64,000 bases of DNA from the IMG/VR virus record IMGVR_UViG_2822641076_000001, positions 57,830-121,829 of that record. The stretch is one strand, 5' to 3'. This DNA is from a virus. Taxonomy: Duplodnaviria; Heunggongvirae; Uroviricota; Caudoviricetes. The notes beneath the pieces were generated by a model that saw only the letters and a program-made list of their open reading frames with translations, had not been told where the DNA came from and did no database searches. Below, piece after piece: positions 16,076-25,008 of the stretch (position 1 is the stretch's first letter; each line of letters opens with the position of its first letter). Made by a program: the position numbers and the translations under genes.

Positions 16076-16486
16076 ATGGAAATCATAGCAAGCGTCAAGG
16101 TTAAGCTAAGTGAATATTCAAGAGGAAGCTGTGTAAGAGTAACAATACGTTTCATCAATCCATTAAAGAGACGATTCATACCTTTAGAGCTTAAACAAAC
16201 ACTTAGCGAGATATTCTATCCGTCTCTGCCTCCTAGTTTTATATTAGGAGAAGAAGAATTGTTATATGTAATAGGGAGAGAGTTTGGAGAAACCGAAACA
16301 AAGTTTTTTGATAGAGTTGCGGAATGTCTGAAAACAAAACATCTGAACAGGATTGTAGAAAATGAAATTCGTAATTATATGGGTGATTACATGGAGAAGC
16401 ATAAGCTAGAACTGATTATGAAAGAAATTAATCAAGGATGCAAGGTCGTCGTAACCATAAAAGATGAGAAGGAGAAAGTGTCCTAA
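16076..16486 (+). CDS. hypothetical protein (136 aa)
   Basis: AGGTGAG SD. No motifs. Confidence 0.5.
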   Translation: MEIIASVKVKLSEYSRGSCVRVTIRFINPLKRRFIPLELKQTLSEIFYPSLPPSFILGEEELLYVIGREFGETETKFFDRVAECLKTKHLNRIVENEIRNYMGDYMEKHKLELIMKEINQGCKVVVTIKDEKEKVS

Positions 16487-16833
16487 TGAATACAGTCAAA
16501 ATTAAAGTACGAATAAAGCGTATGAAGCTCGATTATGGTACTGAATGGCTTCGTATCAGAATGTGGTTCATCAACCCATTTGAATCCAATATATTTAAAA
16601 GAGTTACTATGTTAGAGACATCATTTAATAGCTATGATTACAGCAGTAATTTTGAGGAGAAAGCCATGATATATCTTAAAGAAAAGATGGTAAATTCGGT
16701 GAAAGTTAAGGTAATGGAGTACTTAAAGAAAAGTCACAAGCAGAACAACCTTGACGGTCTAATTTTAGATTTGAACCGAAGCTTAAAAATTGAAATCACT
16801 TCAAAGGAAATGAAGGAGTATATGGATGCTTAA
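16486..16833 (+). CDS. hypothetical protein (115 aa)
   Basis: ATGA overlap with the upstream gene. Confidence 0.5.
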   Translation: MNTVKIKVRIKRMKLDYGTEWLRIRMWFINPFESNIFKRVTMLETSFNSYDYSSNFEEKAMIYLKEKMVNSVKVKVMEYLKKSHKQNNLDGLILDLNRSLKIEITSKEMKEYMDA

Positions 16834-17089
16834 AACATACGAATATCATTCAAGTATAGATGATACCGTCATAGCAAAGGGGCTATGTCATTTTGAGAAT
16901 CAAGAACAAGCAGAAGAATATGCATTCCAATTAGCTTGCCTAGAGTATGCTGAGAAGGCGAGTGACGGGAAGTATCCTACGATATTTGACTTCTATAAGC
17001 AAGGATATACGCCTAGTGAAGCTATTGATAAATACTATGAGGAACAATTAAATCACATTAAATTTAATGTAAAATTGCTTTCCCTATAA
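16826..17089 (+). CDS. hypothetical protein (87 aa)
   Basis: Overlapping start. Acidic protein. Confidence 0.45.
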   Translation: MLKTYEYHSSIDDTVIAKGLCHFENQEQAEEYAFQLACLEYAEKASDGKYPTIFDFYKQGYTPSEAIDKYYEEQLNHIKFNVKLLSL

Positions 17090-17107
17090 GTGTAAAAAAT
17101 AATGTAA
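17086..17107 (+). promoter_or_regulatory. motif copy (ataAGTGTAAAAAATAATGtaa)
   Basis: Copy with one substitution, overlapping the stop of 16826..17089. Confidence 0.45.
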
Positions 17108-17171
17108 AATACATAAATCAGTGGATGTTTATTATGGTGAGATAGCATCCACTGCAAAGAGGAGGAATAGT

Positions 17172-17768
17172 ATGGCAAGACCGTTGATGTGTCAGATTTG
17201 TAAAGAAAAGTCACCGAGAGAAGAAATGGAAGTGGATGAAAAGATATCTCCAAAGTCGGGTAAGGTTTCCCGAAAGTACTACCACAAAGGAGAGTGTTGG
17301 GAGACGTTCCAAGAACAGAGAGCATTCACCGATAAGGAGAATGAAGAATGGGATTATCTTTGGAATGTATTCGAAGAGGTTTATGGATTCCCAGTACCAT
17401 CGAGATTCGTTCCATTCTTACAAGATTTACGAAACGGCACTATCCGAGTAGGAAAAGTGAGACGTCGTACTAAGCGTGGTTATCCATTCAAATTGATTGC
17501 TGAGACATACAAAGCTTGTGAATCAGATATTGAGTGGGCAAAGAAGACCAAGGATTTCAAAGGAACTCTACAAGAGTGTCAGTATGGATTAGCAATTGTT
17601 GCTAACAACATCGTAAAGGTGAGAAGCAAAGCCGAGCGTGAGAAACGACAAAGAAAAGCAATCCAAGAGCAAGTAAAAGAAGAAATGCAATCTGAGACCT
17701 TCTTTACGAGTGTTAAATACGATAAGAGCAAGCAAACGAAGAGAGTAGATATCTCAGATTTGTTGTAA
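17172..17768 (+). CDS. hypothetical Cys-containing protein (198 aa)
   Basis: AAGAGGAGG SD before the ATG at 17172 (internal to the track ORF from 17121). N-terminal CQICKEK...GECWE. Confidence 0.5.
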   Translation: MARPLMCQICKEKSPREEMEVDEKISPKSGKVSRKYYHKGECWETFQEQRAFTDKENEEWDYLWNVFEEVYGFPVPSRFVPFLQDLRNGTIRVGKVRRRTKRGYPFKLIAETYKACESDIEWAKKTKDFKGTLQECQYGLAIVANNIVKVRSKAEREKRQRKAIQEQVKEEMQSETFFTSVKYDKSKQTKRVDISDLL

Positions 17769-17789
17769 TTAGAAATGGAGTTGTAGCGA

Positions 17790-19334
17790 TTGACGAAAAA
17801 GAGTACCACAGAAGAAGTCATAAAAAAGTTGGCTAAAGAAGCCGAAATTTCCGAAGCTCTGTTGACGGGTTTGTTTTGGCAAAACCCCGAAGAGTATTAC
17901 AATTTATACAGCAAAGAAAAACTGAATCATTCCACATTCAGAAATCCACACTGGGGATTCTTTTTTGAGTTAGGAAGAACAATGTTCGATGCGGATATCC
18001 GTGTATTTGATGATATCGCAACTCAAAAAACATTGAATGATTTAAGTAAAAAGCACGTAAAACTCTACGATAGCTATGGTGGATTCGATACGATGAAACA
18101 GGTCATGGTAGAGGTAAAACAGCGTGCAGAGAACTTTGAAGCCTATTATGAGGAAGTTCAAAAGTACAACACAGTCAAAGAATTATACGACCTATTTGGT
18201 GAGAAAGTCGTTACTAAAGATGGGAACTACGACTACAAATTACTAGACAGTGAGACTATTTGGAATTACTGGGTAGACAAAGTTAGTAACGTACAAACCA
18301 CACAAGGTGAGAAGTTCGATGAATGTAGTTTATTAGAGGGAATGGATGAAGCAATTGATATTTGGGATAAGAATGTCGATGCAGGAATGCCTTTCTATCG
18401 TAGTCCACAATTAACAAAGATATTCAGTGGATTTGCACGAGGAACTACTTACATATTAGCTAACTATTCGGGTGGTGGTAAAACATCTTTCACTATCAGC
18501 AAAGTTATTATGTCTCATATTGAACAGAAAGAGAAACTACTTATCATTGCGAATGAGCAGGATGAAATGGAATGGAAGAAGATGCTACTCATTACGGCGA
18601 TGGGACAGAGTGGTAATATAATTGACCGTCAAAGGTTAAATGAGGGTGAATTTACAGCAGAAGAAAAGCAGAAACTTAAAAATGCTTCTGCATGGTTGAA
18701 GCAATTCACAGAGGGTGACGATAAGCTTATTACTCTTGTATTCTTAGAGAACTACACAACAAAAAATGTTGAACGTGTAATGCGTAGACATGCTCGAAGA
18801 GGGACGGGAAGTGTCATTGTCGATACGGCTAAGCCACCCGATGATGATATGTATTCTTCACGTTGGGAAAGTTTCTACGAATCTATCAAGAAGATGTATC
18901 AGCTTTCTCGTAAAAATGCAGGAGGATTAAATCTGAGATGTTGGATTAACGTACAGCTTGGAGATAACACGATTGGTCGCAGATACCTAGATGAAACGTG
19001 TCTTGGTGAATCTAAGAAAATTAAGAACGAAGCAGGTCAACTTTTATTGGCTCGTTGGGCTTATCAATCTGAGTACAGAGAAGGTAAGAATGAATTGCTG
19101 TGCTACCATTATGTAAAAGATGAAAATAATCCTTTCGCTAAAAATGGATGGGTAAAAGAAGAGTTCACCTTAGACCCTAAGAGGAAATATCAGATTCTAT
19201 TTGTTCCTAAGAACCGACGAGGGAAAGCAAATAACACAGGCTTGAATATGTTGGTATTTGAAGTCAATATGGCAACAAATACATGGATTGAAAGAGGGTT
19301 CACAATGGTAGAAGATGATAGAAACAGTAAGTAG
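17790..19334 (+). CDS. DnaB-family replicative DNA helicase (514 aa, TTG start)
   Basis: RecA-like core with Walker A YSGGGKTSF and Walker B LLIIANEQD. The N-terminal helical domain and 500-aa size fit a phage DnaB or T7 gp4-like helicase. Confidence 0.55.
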   Translation: MTKKSTTEEVIKKLAKEAEISEALLTGLFWQNPEEYYNLYSKEKLNHSTFRNPHWGFFFELGRTMFDADIRVFDDIATQKTLNDLSKKHVKLYDSYGGFDTMKQVMVEVKQRAENFEAYYEEVQKYNTVKELYDLFGEKVVTKDGNYDYKLLDSETIWNYWVDKVSNVQTTQGEKFDECSLLEGMDEAIDIWDKNVDAGMPFYRSPQLTKIFSGFARGTTYILANYSGGGKTSFTISKVIMSHIEQKEKLLIIANEQDEMEWKKMLLITAMGQSGNIIDRQRLNEGEFTAEEKQKLKNASAWLKQFTEGDDKLITLVFLENYTTKNVERVMRRHARRGTGSVIVDTAKPPDDDMYSSRWESFYESIKKMYQLSRKNAGGLNLRCWINVQLGDNTIGRRYLDETCLGESKKIKNEAGQLLLARWAYQSEYREGKNELLCYHYVKDENNPFAKNGWVKEEFTLDPKRKYQILFVPKNRRGKANNTGLNMLVFEVNMATNTWIERGFTMVEDDRNSK

Positions 19335-19349
19335 GAAGTTGGTATTGCG

Positions 19350-20408
19350 GTGTCTGATTTAAAGAAGATTAAACAATTTATCTTAGAAAAAGAAAAGATA
19401 GATTTCGTCCTTGAGGAGCTTGGATGTAGTCATATTGAATTACGAAACAACCGCTATGAGGCTCAATTACCTGATAAGTTTAATAGTAACAATAGGCGTA
19501 GTGTTCAAGTGCGTATCAATGACAATTTATCTGCTCATATACGCTCAAGAGGCATGACAGGAGATATCTATTCACTAGTATCCTACATCAAACACGACTG
19601 TAAAACAGAAGATGAGATGCAAAATGACCTCTACAGAGCAAAAGAATGGTTAGTCGATATTCTTGATTGTCATCACTTGTTGAGCAAAGACAAGAAAAAG
19701 AAGAAAGACTTGTTACATTGGTTGAAACCAATCAAGAAGAAACGTACAAGAGTCGTAGACTTAGCTGAGATAACGCCTAATGATGTATTGGATGAAGAAG
19801 AAACCTATAAATACTATGACATGTGTCCTGCTCAATGGTGGATAGATGAAGGGTTATCATGGGAAACACAATGTGAATTTGAGGTCGGATTCGATATCTT
19901 GAGTGAACGGATTGTGTTTGCTATCAGAGATGTAAGAGGAGAATTGGTTGGAGTCAAAGGAAGAACAGTCGTGAATGACTCAAGGAAATACCTTTATTTA
20001 CATCCATGTAATAAGAGTATTGAGCTGTTCAACCTGTATCGTGCAACACCAATAATCAAAGACATTAAGAGAGTTATCATCTTTGAATCTGAGAAGAGTG
20101 TAATGTTTGCTCATCAATATGGATACGGAGAGTGTATAGCAATCTGTGGTGATGAATTAAGTGATGTACAGGCTCAATTAATTAAGAATCTTGGTCACGA
20201 TGTACAAATAATCTTTGCGATGGATAAAGATAAGGATGCTGAATTTGTATACAGCCAAGCTGAGAAGATTACTAATCGTGAAATACATGCGATTTTTGAT
20301 GTAGAAGGCTTGCTAGAAGGAAAGGAAGCACCAGTAGATAAAGGACAAGAAGTCTTTGAGAAACTACTTGAAGAGAACTGTTTCTTTGTACGTGGAAGAG
20401 AGCTATAG
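19350..20408 (+). CDS. DNA primase (TOPRIM domain; 352 aa, GTG start)
   Basis: TOPRIM signature: Glu in RVIIFESEKS and the DxD motif in FAMDKDKDAE. Confidence 0.55.
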   Translation: MSDLKKIKQFILEKEKIDFVLEELGCSHIELRNNRYEAQLPDKFNSNNRRSVQVRINDNLSAHIRSRGMTGDIYSLVSYIKHDCKTEDEMQNDLYRAKEWLVDILDCHHLLSKDKKKKKDLLHWLKPIKKKRTRVVDLAEITPNDVLDEEETYKYYDMCPAQWWIDEGLSWETQCEFEVGFDILSERIVFAIRDVRGELVGVKGRTVVNDSRKYLYLHPCNKSIELFNLYRATPIIKDIKRVIIFESEKSVMFAHQYGYGECIAICGDELSDVQAQLIKNLGHDVQIIFAMDKDKDAEFVYSQAEKITNREIHAIFDVEGLLEGKEAPVDKGQEVFEKLLEENCFFVRGREL

Positions 20409-20425
20409 GCTCTAATAAATGCGTT

Positions 20426-20446
20426 ACAAGTATAAAAAATAATGAA
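20426..20446 (+). promoter_or_regulatory. motif copy (ACAAGTaTAAAAAATAATGAA) followed by a UUCG-tetraloop hairpin at 20449-20466
   Basis: One substitution. The hairpin gcgagc-ttcg-gctcgt lies between the motif and the SD of recJ. Confidence 0.45.
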
Positions 20447-20487
20447 TAGGCGAGCTTCGGCTCGTCTTTAAATAAGGAGAGTGTTTG

Positions 20488-22104
20488 ATGGATTGGATTA
20501 AAAGAAAACCAACTAAGAGAATCTTGAAAGCGGATTCACTTATGAAGAAGATAGCAAAGATAAGAGGTATTGAGAACATTGAGGAGTTTCTAAACCCACC
20601 AATAAATGTTTTGCATGACCCATATCTGCTGAACAACATTCGTGAAGTTGCTGAGCGAATTAAAGAGGCTGTATTAAAAGGAGAAAGAATTGCGGTCAGT
20701 GCTGACGTAGATGCCGATGGCGTAACATCCACTGCAATCCTCGTCGATTATCTTTCACAGTTCACAGACAATGTATACTACGTTTACCATCAACGTGCAG
20801 AAGGTCACGGTGTTGAGTATCAAGTAGATAAGATTGATGATGAGACAAAGCTAGTTGTCGTATTAGATTCATCTACAAACTCAGTACAAGGATGTAAACA
20901 GCTTGTAGAACGTGGTATGGACGTACTTGTCATTGACCACCATGATTTCGAAGTAGAAAATCCATATGCAACGATTGTAAATCCGCAAATGGATGATTAC
21001 CCAAACAAAGCAATCAGTGGTGCAGGAGTTACATATAAAGTAGTTCAAGTGCTTGATGATAGTTTTGGCACTGGAATGGTTGAAGATTACCTAGATTTAG
21101 TTGCAGTTGGTATTGTAGCCGATGTAATGAATCTATCTGTAATGGAAAATCGTCGATTAATTATGGATGGTATCACAAACATTCAAAATGAAGGACTTAA
21201 AGCTATCTTGGACAATGCCAATGTAAAATTTGATGAAGTATCATCTACTACTATTGGATTCAGCATTGCGCCTCTAATTAACGGTGTAGCTCGAATGGAT
21301 AAGATTGAATTAGCAATTGAACTTCTATTAGAGCGTGACCCATTAGAGTGCAAGAAGATTGTCAAACAGATGGTTAAGCTGAATGATGACCGTAAGAAGA
21401 AAGAAATCGAGCTTATGAAGATGTACGAAGAGCAAGTTAATCCAAATGACAAGATTATCATTGCGATTGGTAATGACCCGTCAAAATCATTTAATGGATT
21501 AGTAGCCAATAAGATTGCTCAGAAATATAAGCGACCTGCTATTGTAGCTCGTGATTTTGGAGATAAGATTGCAGGAAGTTTCCGAAGTATGGGAGATTTC
21601 AACATGAACAGCTACCTAAAACGAACTGGACTTGTAAAGAAATCTGTTGGTCATCCATTTGCAGGCGGTGTGGAAGTTGTAGCTGAGAATGTAGAAGAGC
21701 TACGAGAATACTTCAATGAACACATTAATATGGATATCTTCCTTGACGACATCGAATACGACTTAGAAATCAAAGGTCGAGATGTAACGATGGGATTCGT
21801 AGAGGAATTGCAAGAGATTAACCGTATTGCAGGTAATGGCTTCGAGAAAGTCAAAGTCCGAGTAACTGATTTGATGGTTGATGAGCGCAAAGTAATGGGC
21901 AAAAACAAAGACACAGTTAAGCTTGTTACCAACTGTTTAGATGCGATTCGATTCCGTGAGAACAGTGAGTATGCTAATGATGTAGATACGTTCGACAATA
22001 TTGAGATTGTTGGAGAGCTGAACATCAATGAGTTCTTCCACTGGGGATATCGTAAAAACATCGTTACGATTCAAGTAATCTTAGACGATTACCGACATAT
22101 GTAA
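20488..22104 (+). CDS. recJ: RecJ-like DHH/DHHA1 single-strand-specific exonuclease (538 aa)
   Basis: DHH motifs IAVSADVDADGVTS, VVLDSSTN and LVIDHHD, and DHHA1 motif GHPFAGGVEV. AAGGAGAG SD before the ATG at 20488. Confidence 0.75.
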   Translation: MDWIKRKPTKRILKADSLMKKIAKIRGIENIEEFLNPPINVLHDPYLLNNIREVAERIKEAVLKGERIAVSADVDADGVTSTAILVDYLSQFTDNVYYVYHQRAEGHGVEYQVDKIDDETKLVVVLDSSTNSVQGCKQLVERGMDVLVIDHHDFEVENPYATIVNPQMDDYPNKAISGAGVTYKVVQVLDDSFGTGMVEDYLDLVAVGIVADVMNLSVMENRRLIMDGITNIQNEGLKAILDNANVKFDEVSSTTIGFSIAPLINGVARMDKIELAIELLLERDPLECKKIVKQMVKLNDDRKKKEIELMKMYEEQVNPNDKIIIAIGNDPSKSFNGLVANKIAQKYKRPAIVARDFGDKIAGSFRSMGDFNMNSYLKRTGLVKKSVGHPFAGGVEVVAENVEELREYFNEHINMDIFLDDIEYDLEIKGRDVTMGFVEELQEINRIAGNGFEKVKVRVTDLMVDERKVMGKNKDTVKLVTNCLDAIRFRENSEYANDVDTFDNIEIVGELNINEFFHWGYRKNIVTIQVILDDYRHM

Positions 22105-22133
22105 GATTTGCCGAACAAGGGTTAACAGTAGGC

Positions 22134-22211
22134 GAGCTATAAACCTGTAACCCCGAAAGACCCACAGCCTCATATGAGGTGGTTGAAGCAGTTAGATAGC
22201 TCAGTTTTTTT
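22134..22211 (+). terminator. long structured element (gagctat...atagctc) enclosing a cctcatatgagg hairpin and ending in 7 T
   Basis: Inverted 7-mers about 55 nt apart, an inner palindrome at 22168-22179, and a T7 run at 22205-22211. Probable terminator of the replication operon. Confidence 0.4.
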
Positions 22212-22248
22212 GAAAAGGAAGGCGATTAAAATCGAGGGTTTAGTAGGT

Positions 22249-22464
22249 ATGAATGAATTGTTTTCTAAGATTGATAAGGTTCAAGAAGGTCAAGATTTAA
22301 CTTGCAGTTGTACAGAATGTTATTGGAATTTATATTTTCCTAATCGTTCTGACTCTAAAGTGTGTGTTTCTGAAAGTTTAGCTGATTTTAAAATGACACC
22401 CAGTTCAACAGAGTGTAGAGGCTATTGGAGTTATGAAGAGGCATGTGGTCATCCAAAGAGATAG
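22249..22464 (+). CDS. Cys-rich hypothetical protein (71 aa)
   Basis: The ATG at 22249 lies downstream of the terminator (the track ORF begins at 22174, inside it). Contains CSCTECYW...C. Confidence 0.4.
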   Translation: MNELFSKIDKVQEGQDLTCSCTECYWNLYFPNRSDSKVCVSESLADFKMTPSSTECRGYWSYEEACGHPKR

Positions 22465-22475
22465 GAGGGAATGCT

Positions 22476-22709
22476 TTGCATTGGAATAGTCATACAAACA
22501 TGTTTTGGTTTGGAGCAAATGGCAATGAATATATGGCATGGAAAGGCTCACATCAAATTTTTATTTATCCATGCGATAAGTACCCAAACCCTCCAAGTGG
22601 GGTAATTCAACATAATAAACGAATTGAAACATTAAAAGATTTTGAAGATGCACTGAATACAGGACATGAATTTGATTGTGTCTATGTTAAAAGTGGCATT
22701 CTTGAATAG
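22476..22709 (+). CDS. hypothetical protein (77 aa, TTG start; an ATG at 22500 is an alternative)
   Basis: AGGAGGG SD 6 nt before the TTG. The track ORF starts upstream at 22443. Confidence 0.35.
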   Translation: MHWNSHTNMFWFGANGNEYMAWKGSHQIFIYPCDKYPNPPSGVIQHNKRIETLKDFEDALNTGHEFDCVYVKSGILE

Positions 22710-22725
22710 AGAGGAGATTAATATT

Positions 22726-22929
22726 ATGAAAGAACAATTGAAAAATAACTTTACACATCACCCACCGAAAGAGGGACAAGTAGAGAAGTATGTAGATATT
22801 AGAAATGAAGCTTTACATTTTGCTAACTTAATTGATAGCTTATGTCCTAACAGCCGTGAGAAGTCATTAGCTATCACGAAGATTGAAGAAGCTGTATTTT
22901 GGGCTAACGCATCAATCGCACGTAATTAA
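22726..22929 (+). CDS. hypothetical protein (67 aa)
   Basis: GAGAGGAG SD before the ATG at 22726 (internal to track ORF 22666..22929). Confidence 0.45.
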   Translation: MKEQLKNNFTHHPPKEGQVEKYVDIRNEALHFANLIDSLCPNSREKSLAITKIEEAVFWANASIARN

Positions 22930-22947
22930 TAGAGAGGAGAAAGAGAT

Positions 22948-23262
22948 ATGTATCAATTTTTAACGTATGAAATCTTTGGAATGCAATGGTGGTTATTCCT
23001 GTTATGGATTGTCTATGTGATTTTCACATTAGTAAATGCATTTGGATTATATAGCAAGTACCATTACTACACGAAGCGACAACCGTTCCCAATGACAAAT
23101 GCAATTAGACAGACGTTCTTTGAGCGTGAATACTTTACTTTGTATGATTTACTTCGTACACCGCTTGTATTACCTGCAATTGTATTAGGTGTATTTGTAC
23201 TGTTCTTGCAAGGATGTTTGAAGAAGTTCTTGAAGGTAAAACTATTTAAGTTTAAGAGTTAG
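22948..23262 (+). CDS. membrane protein (104 aa, 3 TM)
   Basis: GAGGAGA SD. Three hydrophobic helices. Confidence 0.5.
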   Translation: MYQFLTYEIFGMQWWLFLLWIVYVIFTLVNAFGLYSKYHYYTKRQPFPMTNAIRQTFFEREYFTLYDLLRTPLVLPAIVLGVFVLFLQGCLKKFLKVKLFKFKS

Positions 23263-23274
23263 GAGAGGGAAAGA

Positions 23275-23490
23275 ATGCTTAGAACTAAGATTGTAACAGC
23301 TAATACAGATTTGCGATTAGAGAGCAACTTAAATGAAGTACTGGAAACATTAGGAGACAAAGTGGTCAAAGTAAGCTATCAAATGTCTTCTAATGGGAAA
23401 TTTAGTGCGATGGTCTTGTACAATCACACGATGACATACGGAGAGGCAATCAGGAAGATGGAGAGAGAGAATTTACTGTACGCTCATTAA
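23275..23490 (+). CDS. hypothetical protein (71 aa)
   Basis: AGGAGAGGG SD. Confidence 0.5.
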   Translation: MLRTKIVTANTDLRLESNLNEVLETLGDKVVKVSYQMSSNGKFSAMVLYNHTMTYGEAIRKMERENLLYAH

Positions 23491-23517
23491 TGTAAAAAAT
23501 AATTAATTTTAGGGTTT

Positions 23518-23540
23518 ACAAGTGTTTAAAATAATGATAA
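23518..23540 (+). promoter_or_regulatory. motif variant (ACAAGTGTttAAAATAATGAtaa); a second, weaker copy lies at 23487-23506
   Basis: Starts the roughly 500-bp noncoding region 23491-23985. Confidence 0.4.
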
Positions 23541-23730
23541 TATATATCTTGTAAGCAAAACAAATCAAAGCTTACACAGAACATAAGTTGAATTACTTTT
23601 TTATACTATTTCCTATTATTTTTTCGAGTTTGGGTTTTTAAAAGTTTGTCTCATGAAGTAAAGAAATTACTACCAACTAACTACAACACACACAACAAAA
23701 CACCTGCTAGTGGCGTTAGCAGATGAGGAA

Positions 23731-23760
23731 GAGGGCTTTGCGAAAGCGAAGCTCTTTTTC
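23731..23760 (+). terminator. terminator with GAAA tetraloop (gctttgc-gaaa-gcgaagc, then tcttttt)
   Basis: 7-bp stem extendable by G-U pairs, a GNRA loop and a T5 run. Confidence 0.55.
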
Positions 23761-23765
23761 GTTAT

Positions 23766-23794
23766 TTGACGTAATATTATATCAAAGGTATAAT
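23766..23794 (+). promoter_or_regulatory. sigma-A promoter TTGACG-17-TATAAT inside the noncoding region
   Basis: Near-consensus. The only thing downstream before the next terminator is about 65 nt of noncoding sequence. Confidence 0.55.
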
Positions 23795-23800
23795 AAGAAA

Positions 23801-23865
23801 TCATAGGCGTGTATTGCAAAATACACAGAAGAAGAACCTTCCAGTCGGAGGGTTCTTTTTTGTTT
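23801..23865 (+). ncRNA. candidate ~65-nt small RNA (promoter, then hairpin gtgtat-tgcaaa-atacac, then terminator)
   Basis: Bounded by the promoter at 23766-23794 and a strong terminator (gaaccttcc agtc ggagggttc, then T6) at 23834-23862. No ORF or SD. Confidence 0.35.
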
Positions 23866-23899
23866 AAAAGATGAGTTTTATACAAATATAATGTTTTAA

Positions 23900-23919
23900 T
23901 AAGTGTAAAAAATAATGAA
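23900..23919 (+). promoter_or_regulatory. motif copy (tAAGTGTAAAAAATAATGAA) 8 bp upstream of a sigma-A -35 box
   Basis: Motif and sigma-A promoter in tandem. Confidence 0.5.
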
Positions 23920-23927
23920 ATTTATTG

Positions 23928-23956
23928 TTGACTTATGCTCATATGTGAAATATAAT
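23928..23956 (+). promoter_or_regulatory. sigma-A promoter TTGACT-17-TATAAT
   Basis: Consensus boxes 30 bp upstream of the 23986 start. Confidence 0.6.
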
Positions 23957-23985
23957 GAACATATACCTTTTAGGAGGGAATAAAT

Positions 23986-24129
23986 ATGTGCTTAGTAATC
24001 GTAGGAATCATACTTACTATGGCTCTTCTACTTGGTATCTTAGGCATGTTCATCGGAAGTGGTTGGGGAGTTATTACTCTCACATTACTAGTCGTATGTG
24101 CATACTATGTATTCTTTAAAAAATACTGA
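23986..24129 (+). CDS. small membrane protein (47 aa)
   Basis: TAGGAGGG SD. Two TM segments. Below the ORF-track cutoff. Confidence 0.5.
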   Translation: MCLVIVGIILTMALLLGILGMFIGSGWGVITLTLLVVCAYYVFFKKY

Positions 24130-24152
24130 GGGATGAGTCATTGTCCTTCATT

Positions 24153-24173
24153 ACAAGTGTAAAAAATAATGAA
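24153..24173 (+). promoter_or_regulatory. canonical motif copy
   Basis: ttACAAGTGTAAAAAATAATGAA, 15 bp before the 24188 start. Confidence 0.5.
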
Positions 24174-24187
24174 ACGAGGGATAAACA

Positions 24188-24769
24188 ATGAACGTAACAA
24201 AACATTTCAAAAGACGATATGCTCAGCGTATCAAGAACATCAAAGGGAAAGAAGAAATCAGCTTATTCGTAACTACGAATCAAGACAAGATTTCCGAGGA
24301 CGCCAAAAAGATGATGGAACATGCCATCTTCATTTGGAAGGGACAGTTGGGTGAATCAAATATCACTCGAAATTTCTATATTAACGGTGACATCATTTTA
24401 GTAGCTGACACAGACAACACAGCGTTAGTTACATTATATAAAACGGATTACGGTTATCCTGACAAAACAAACCGCAAGATTGCAAAAGATTTACTTGAGA
24501 ATATTCAAGGTTTAAATGCAGAACTAGAAGTTGCTGAATTAGCAATGCAAGAGGAATTAAATAAGGTGGATATTGAGATTGATAGTTTAGATGTTCAATT
24601 GAAATCTTTAAAAGCTCAAGCAGAGTTAGTGGAAAGCCGAAAGAAAGCGAAAGTAAGTGAGCGCAAGTCATTATTCACTAAAACTCGTACTGTGAAGGAA
24701 GAGATTGAGAAGTTCGCCAAGATGCTATGCAACTCAATTGAGTACAAAGTTGACGTAAAAGAGATGTAA
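24188..24769 (+). CDS. hypothetical coiled-coil protein (193 aa)
   Basis: GAGGGA SD. The C-terminal half is heptad-rich. Confidence 0.5.
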   Translation: MNVTKHFKRRYAQRIKNIKGKEEISLFVTTNQDKISEDAKKMMEHAIFIWKGQLGESNITRNFYINGDIILVADTDNTALVTLYKTDYGYPDKTNRKIAKDLLENIQGLNAELEVAELAMQEELNKVDIEIDSLDVQLKSLKAQAELVESRKKAKVSERKSLFTKTRTVKEEIEKFAKMLCNSIEYKVDVKEM

Positions 24770-24773
24770 TTGG

Positions 24774-24998
24774 ATGTTTAAGTGGCTTAGATGGCTTAAA
24801 AGCTGTGAACACGATTGGAAGCGTCTCGATGAAGAAAGAGAATTAGTTTGGACAGGATACACTCACAAAAGTGAGATAAAGATTATATGCTTTTGTCCTA
24901 AGTGCAAAGACACTATGAAGGTGAGTACTAGGAAATGGATGCAGTATCTAAGAAAGCGTGAAATTATAGAGGAATATAAAAAACAGAATAAAGAATAG
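24774..24998 (+). CDS. small zinc-ribbon protein (74 aa)
   Basis: CEHDW...CFCPKC cysteine pairs. Confidence 0.45.
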   Translation: MFKWLRWLKSCEHDWKRLDEERELVWTGYTHKSEIKIICFCPKCKDTMKVSTRKWMQYLRKREIIEEYKKQNKE

Positions 24999-25008
24999 AG
25001 GTGTTCGA

